From Nemertoderma westbladi (taxonomy: Eukaryota > Animalia > Xenacoelomorpha), in contig JAUCBJ010007115.1 of assembly GCA_032718475.1 (NCBI GenBank), positions 1 through 64,000 on the forward strand: a DNA stretch of 64,000 nucleotides. The letters are read 5' to 3'. Positions 60,389-64,000 of the stretch are shown one piece after another. Within the stretch, counting starts at the first letter, position 1, and each line of letters begins with the position of its first letter. The position numbers and the translations under genes are program-made. The notes beneath the pieces are model-generated. The model had not been told where the DNA came from. It saw only the letters and a list, made by a program, of their open reading frames with translations, and ran no database searches.

Positions 60389-63072
60389 CTATGTAAAATC
60401 ATTTTGAGGAAGTCACACGCTATTTGCACAAAAAACACCCTATATGGGACGAAAACAACCTATTTGGGACAAATTGAAATTAAAGCTATGGTAGTGAATT
60501 CTATATTCTTTTGAGTATTCCATTACATTTCGAAACTATTTGAAATCATTATAAGCACTTCACACCCTATACGGGACACAAACACCCTATACGGGACACA
60601 AACACCCTATATGGGACACAAACAACCTATTTGGGACAAATTTAAATTAAAGTTATGATAGTGAATTCTATTTTCTTTTGAGTATTTCCATTATATTTAT
60701 AAACTATGTAAAATCATTTTGAGGAAGTCACACGCTATTCGGCACAAAAACACCCTATATGGGACGAAAACAACCTATTTGGGACAAATTGAAATTAAAG
60801 CTATGATAGTGAATTCTATATTCTTTTGAGTATTCCATTACATTTCGAAACTATTTGAAATCATTATAAGCACTTCACACCCTATACGGGACACAAACAC
60901 CCTATATGGGACACAAACAACCTATTTGGGACAAATTTCAATTAGAGCTATGATAGTGAATTCTATTTTCTTTTGAATATTCCATTATATTTATAAACTA
61001 TGTAAAATTATTTTGAGAAAGTCATACGCTATTTGGCACACAAACACCCTATATGGGACTCAAACACCCTATATGGGACACAAACAACCTATTTGGAACA
61101 TATTTAAATGAAAGCTATGATAGTGAATTCTATATTCTTTTGAGTATTCCATTACATTTCGAAACAATTTGAAATCATTATAAGCACTTCACACCCTATA
61201 CGGGACACAAACACCCTATATGGAACACAAACAACCTATTTGGGACAAATTTAAATTAAAGCAATGATAGTGAATTATATTTTATTTTGAGTATTCCATT
61301 ATATTTATAAACTATGTAAAATCATTTTGAGAAAGTCATACGCTATTTGGCACACAAACACCCTATATGGGACAAAAACAACCTATTTGGGACAAATTTA
61401 AATTAACCCTATTAAACCCGGGGGGGGGGGGGGTCAATATGACCCATCCCGTGGTTTTTTTATTATAATTCTGAAACTAACGCAGTTGGGAATCTGAAAT
61501 TTTATGACTTTTCCTAAAAATCTATTGTCTTCCTAGTAGTGAAAACCGTTTTCAAAAATATTGGGTACTTTTCGAGTTATAGCACAGTTTTTTAACCCTA
61601 CTTTTGGCACTTTTTTTAAGACGTTTTTTGAAAATTACATTTCATTAAATATTAATTGTAACATCTCTATTTTTGATTTACACCGGTTTTTTGGTGTTAG
61701 AAATTTGATGGAATTCATATAAATTGATTTAGAAATTTCAAACTTGTTTTTTTCGGTGGGTGCCAAATTTTGGTGCCAGCACCAAATTTTGAAATAAGTC
61801 CATTTTGTAAATTGATCGTTTGAAACTTGTTTTTTACGCAATTGGGGTTTTTTGGGTTTCTGGATTCGATGAAATATATACGAGTTGCACCAAGCGTATC
61901 AAACTTGTATTTTTCGGTGCTGTGTGCAAATTTTGGTGCTAGCACGAAATTTTGAAAATCTGTTCAATAGATAAAATTGCTTGTGACAATTTATTTCTTG
62001 CGTTTTAGAGGTTTATGGCTGTTCTGAATTCAATGGAAAATATAATTATCGAACTAGACTTCTCATACTTGTATTTTTCGGATGTGGGTGCAAAATGTGG
62101 TGCTAGCACCAAATTTTGAAAACCATCAAATATATCAATTGATTGTGTCACCTTGTTTCTTGCGTTATACGGGTTTGTGATGGTTCTGAATTCAATGGAA
62201 TCAATAAAAATTTCATAAGAGTTCTCAAACTTGTATTTTTCGCCGGTGGGTGAAAATTGTTGTGCCAGCACCAAATTTTGGAAAATATGCAAATTAATAA
62301 GTAGATAGTATCACCTTGTTTCTTGCGTTATACGGGTTTATGAGGGTCCTGAATCCGATGGAATCAATAAAAACAGCACTGGACATCGCAAACTTGTACT
62401 TTTTGGTGATGGGTACGAAATTTGGTGCAAGCACCAAAATTTGCCAAATTACGCCGAAAAATACAAGTAGCAATGATCTGGCATATTAGAAATGTATTCC
62501 ATTAGAATCAGCGCCCTCGAAAACCTGAAAATGTGAATTTATAGCATCGTATAAGTGAATTAAAAATTTTTTGTTCTAACTGAAAAGTGCTGGTTACTTG
62601 TTTTTTTCATTTTTTTTCCTACGCAGAGAGGACTAAACAGCTATTTATAGTAATCATATCATTTTTTAATATTTTGCAATGTATTTTGCACCCCAGAAAA
62701 CCTGTATTGAAAAATAATTAGCCGAAAATGTAACTTTCAAATTTTGTGAAAATTGTGCATTACTTGTAATTTTGGTGCTGCAATATAACCACCCCAGTAC
62801 ATTTTTTCGAAATTTTTTTTTATCGGTCGGATCCAGACAAGTGATATCTACGCACAAACAAAAAATCAGCCGTTTTCGTTAATATTTGTAGATTTTAGAG
62901 GGGGGGGGGGGTCAATATGACCCCCTCCCGGTATTTGTACAACATTTTATAGCCCGGTACTAATAGGGTTAAAGCTATGATAGTGAATTATATTTTCTTT
63001 TGGGTATTCCATAATATTTATAAACTATGTAAAATCATTTTGAGAAAATGTCACGCAATTTGGGACACAAAT
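60389..63072. repeat. AT-rich satellite with ~300-315-bp higher-order unit (two related subunits plus variable 20-bp gggacacaaacaccctatat repeats)
   Basis: ctatgtaaaatcattttgag recurs at 60389, 60704, 60998 and 61312 and again after the MITE. Confidence 0.9.
61407..62968. mobile_element. Non-autonomous piggyBac-type element
   Basis: TTAA TSD (61403-61406 and 62969-62972), TIR CCCTATTA...CCGGG, subterminal ggggtcaatatgaccc motif at both ends, internal repeats containing gcaccaaattttg; the satellite resumes in register. Confidence 0.9.
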
Positions 63073-64000
63073 TGTAAAAGCTTTTGTGGGATAACTGATT
63101 CGTTTGCCTTGTTGGCCAGTTCCCCCCCGGTCGCTAGAATACTCTAAAGGGGATCTATAGTTAAAATAGTGCAAGCTACCAGCTTATTGGCTGATGTGCT
63201 GTACGCAGGTATCTGGGCTCTGTTTAATCGGCCAACCAGCCTAAGAAGGTTGCGTCATAGCCTTGTTTTGTATCTCCCAATAGAATTTGAGTTAGCCTTG
63301 ATTTTGACCTATCACAGAGATACTGAACTGAAATTTTCCTATCTCACTGCTCTTTCTCTGTGTTGAACGGGAGCTTCGTGGAATAAGGGTAGTTGGTATC
63401 CTCGTATAGAGCAGTAGTCACGAGTTTTTCAAAGCCACGAAAGAACGGCTTTGTAGTGTTTTGTGCTTTCTGCTTTTTAGCTCAACACTAGTAGGTTTAA
63501 TTATAAGGACATATATCCTTTAACTCATGGAATCACTGATCTGTGAATACTGCTGACACACGGCTTTTAATAACTGCTGAAACTGCTAAAATTTACCTGC
63601 TCAATCAATACTGTATACTGCTATTTGTTGTCGGTTATTCATTATATTTGTTGATGAATTATTATATTGGAATAACGAGAAATAACCCCGAAAACCCAAT
63701 ATTCTTGATATACCGAAGGTAAGAGAGAAAGGTTACCAATAACGATTGTGACTTATGTTAAAGTGGTTTGAAGTGAATCTAATGTTATTTGATAGACCCT
63801 ACATGAGTCAGTCAGTGTTCCTTTTATATGTAACTAAAATCAGTGAAGATTGGCAGATTAGTGTGCAGTATTGTGCAGCATTGTGTACGAGTGAGTCTGT
63901 TAAAGAAGCATTTCCTAAAGAATGCGCCATATATGTGAATTATAATTAAGCCATATCGTTGTGAGTAGTTTAAGTCATAACTCTGTTTATATAGATAAAG
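63073..64000 (+). mobile_element. Start of another BEL/Pao-type LTR (diverged subfamily), running off the window
   Basis: Begins TGTAAAAGCTTTTG and shares blocks with 38411-39320 (gtcggttattcattatat, gaaggtaagagag, ttaaagtggttt, cctaaagaatgcgccatata). Confidence 0.88.

Overview
Eukaryotic (metazoan-type, probably invertebrate) repeat-dense region; nothing prokaryotic or CRISPR-like is supported. It is a stack of nested transposable elements around one probable host gene, an intronless tandem C2H2 zinc-finger ORF (30030-31787). Main elements: (1) an intact Ty3/Gypsy-related LTR retrotransposon (7361-13762) with identical LTRs, non-canonical CG...CG termini, an apparent 3-bp TSD and a LADD RT motif, nested in a degenerate Sola2-like DNA transposon that is itself inside a CR1/L2-type LINE; (2) a 14.6-kb non-autonomous BEL/Pao element (38411-52996, TSD GCTGC) with a very long Gag-protease ORF carrying an Ala-rich repeat and only in-frame vestiges of pol, interrupted by an RTE LINE; (3) a frameshifted Gypsy element (55372-60388) with near-identical LTRs but no TSD; (4) three RTE copies, a CR1/L2-type fragment with a 30-bp minisatellite inside its RT domain, hAT and piggyBac-type MITEs, solo LTRs, several satellites and a 3 x 975-bp segmental triplication. 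Family names come from motif recognition only; no database search was run.
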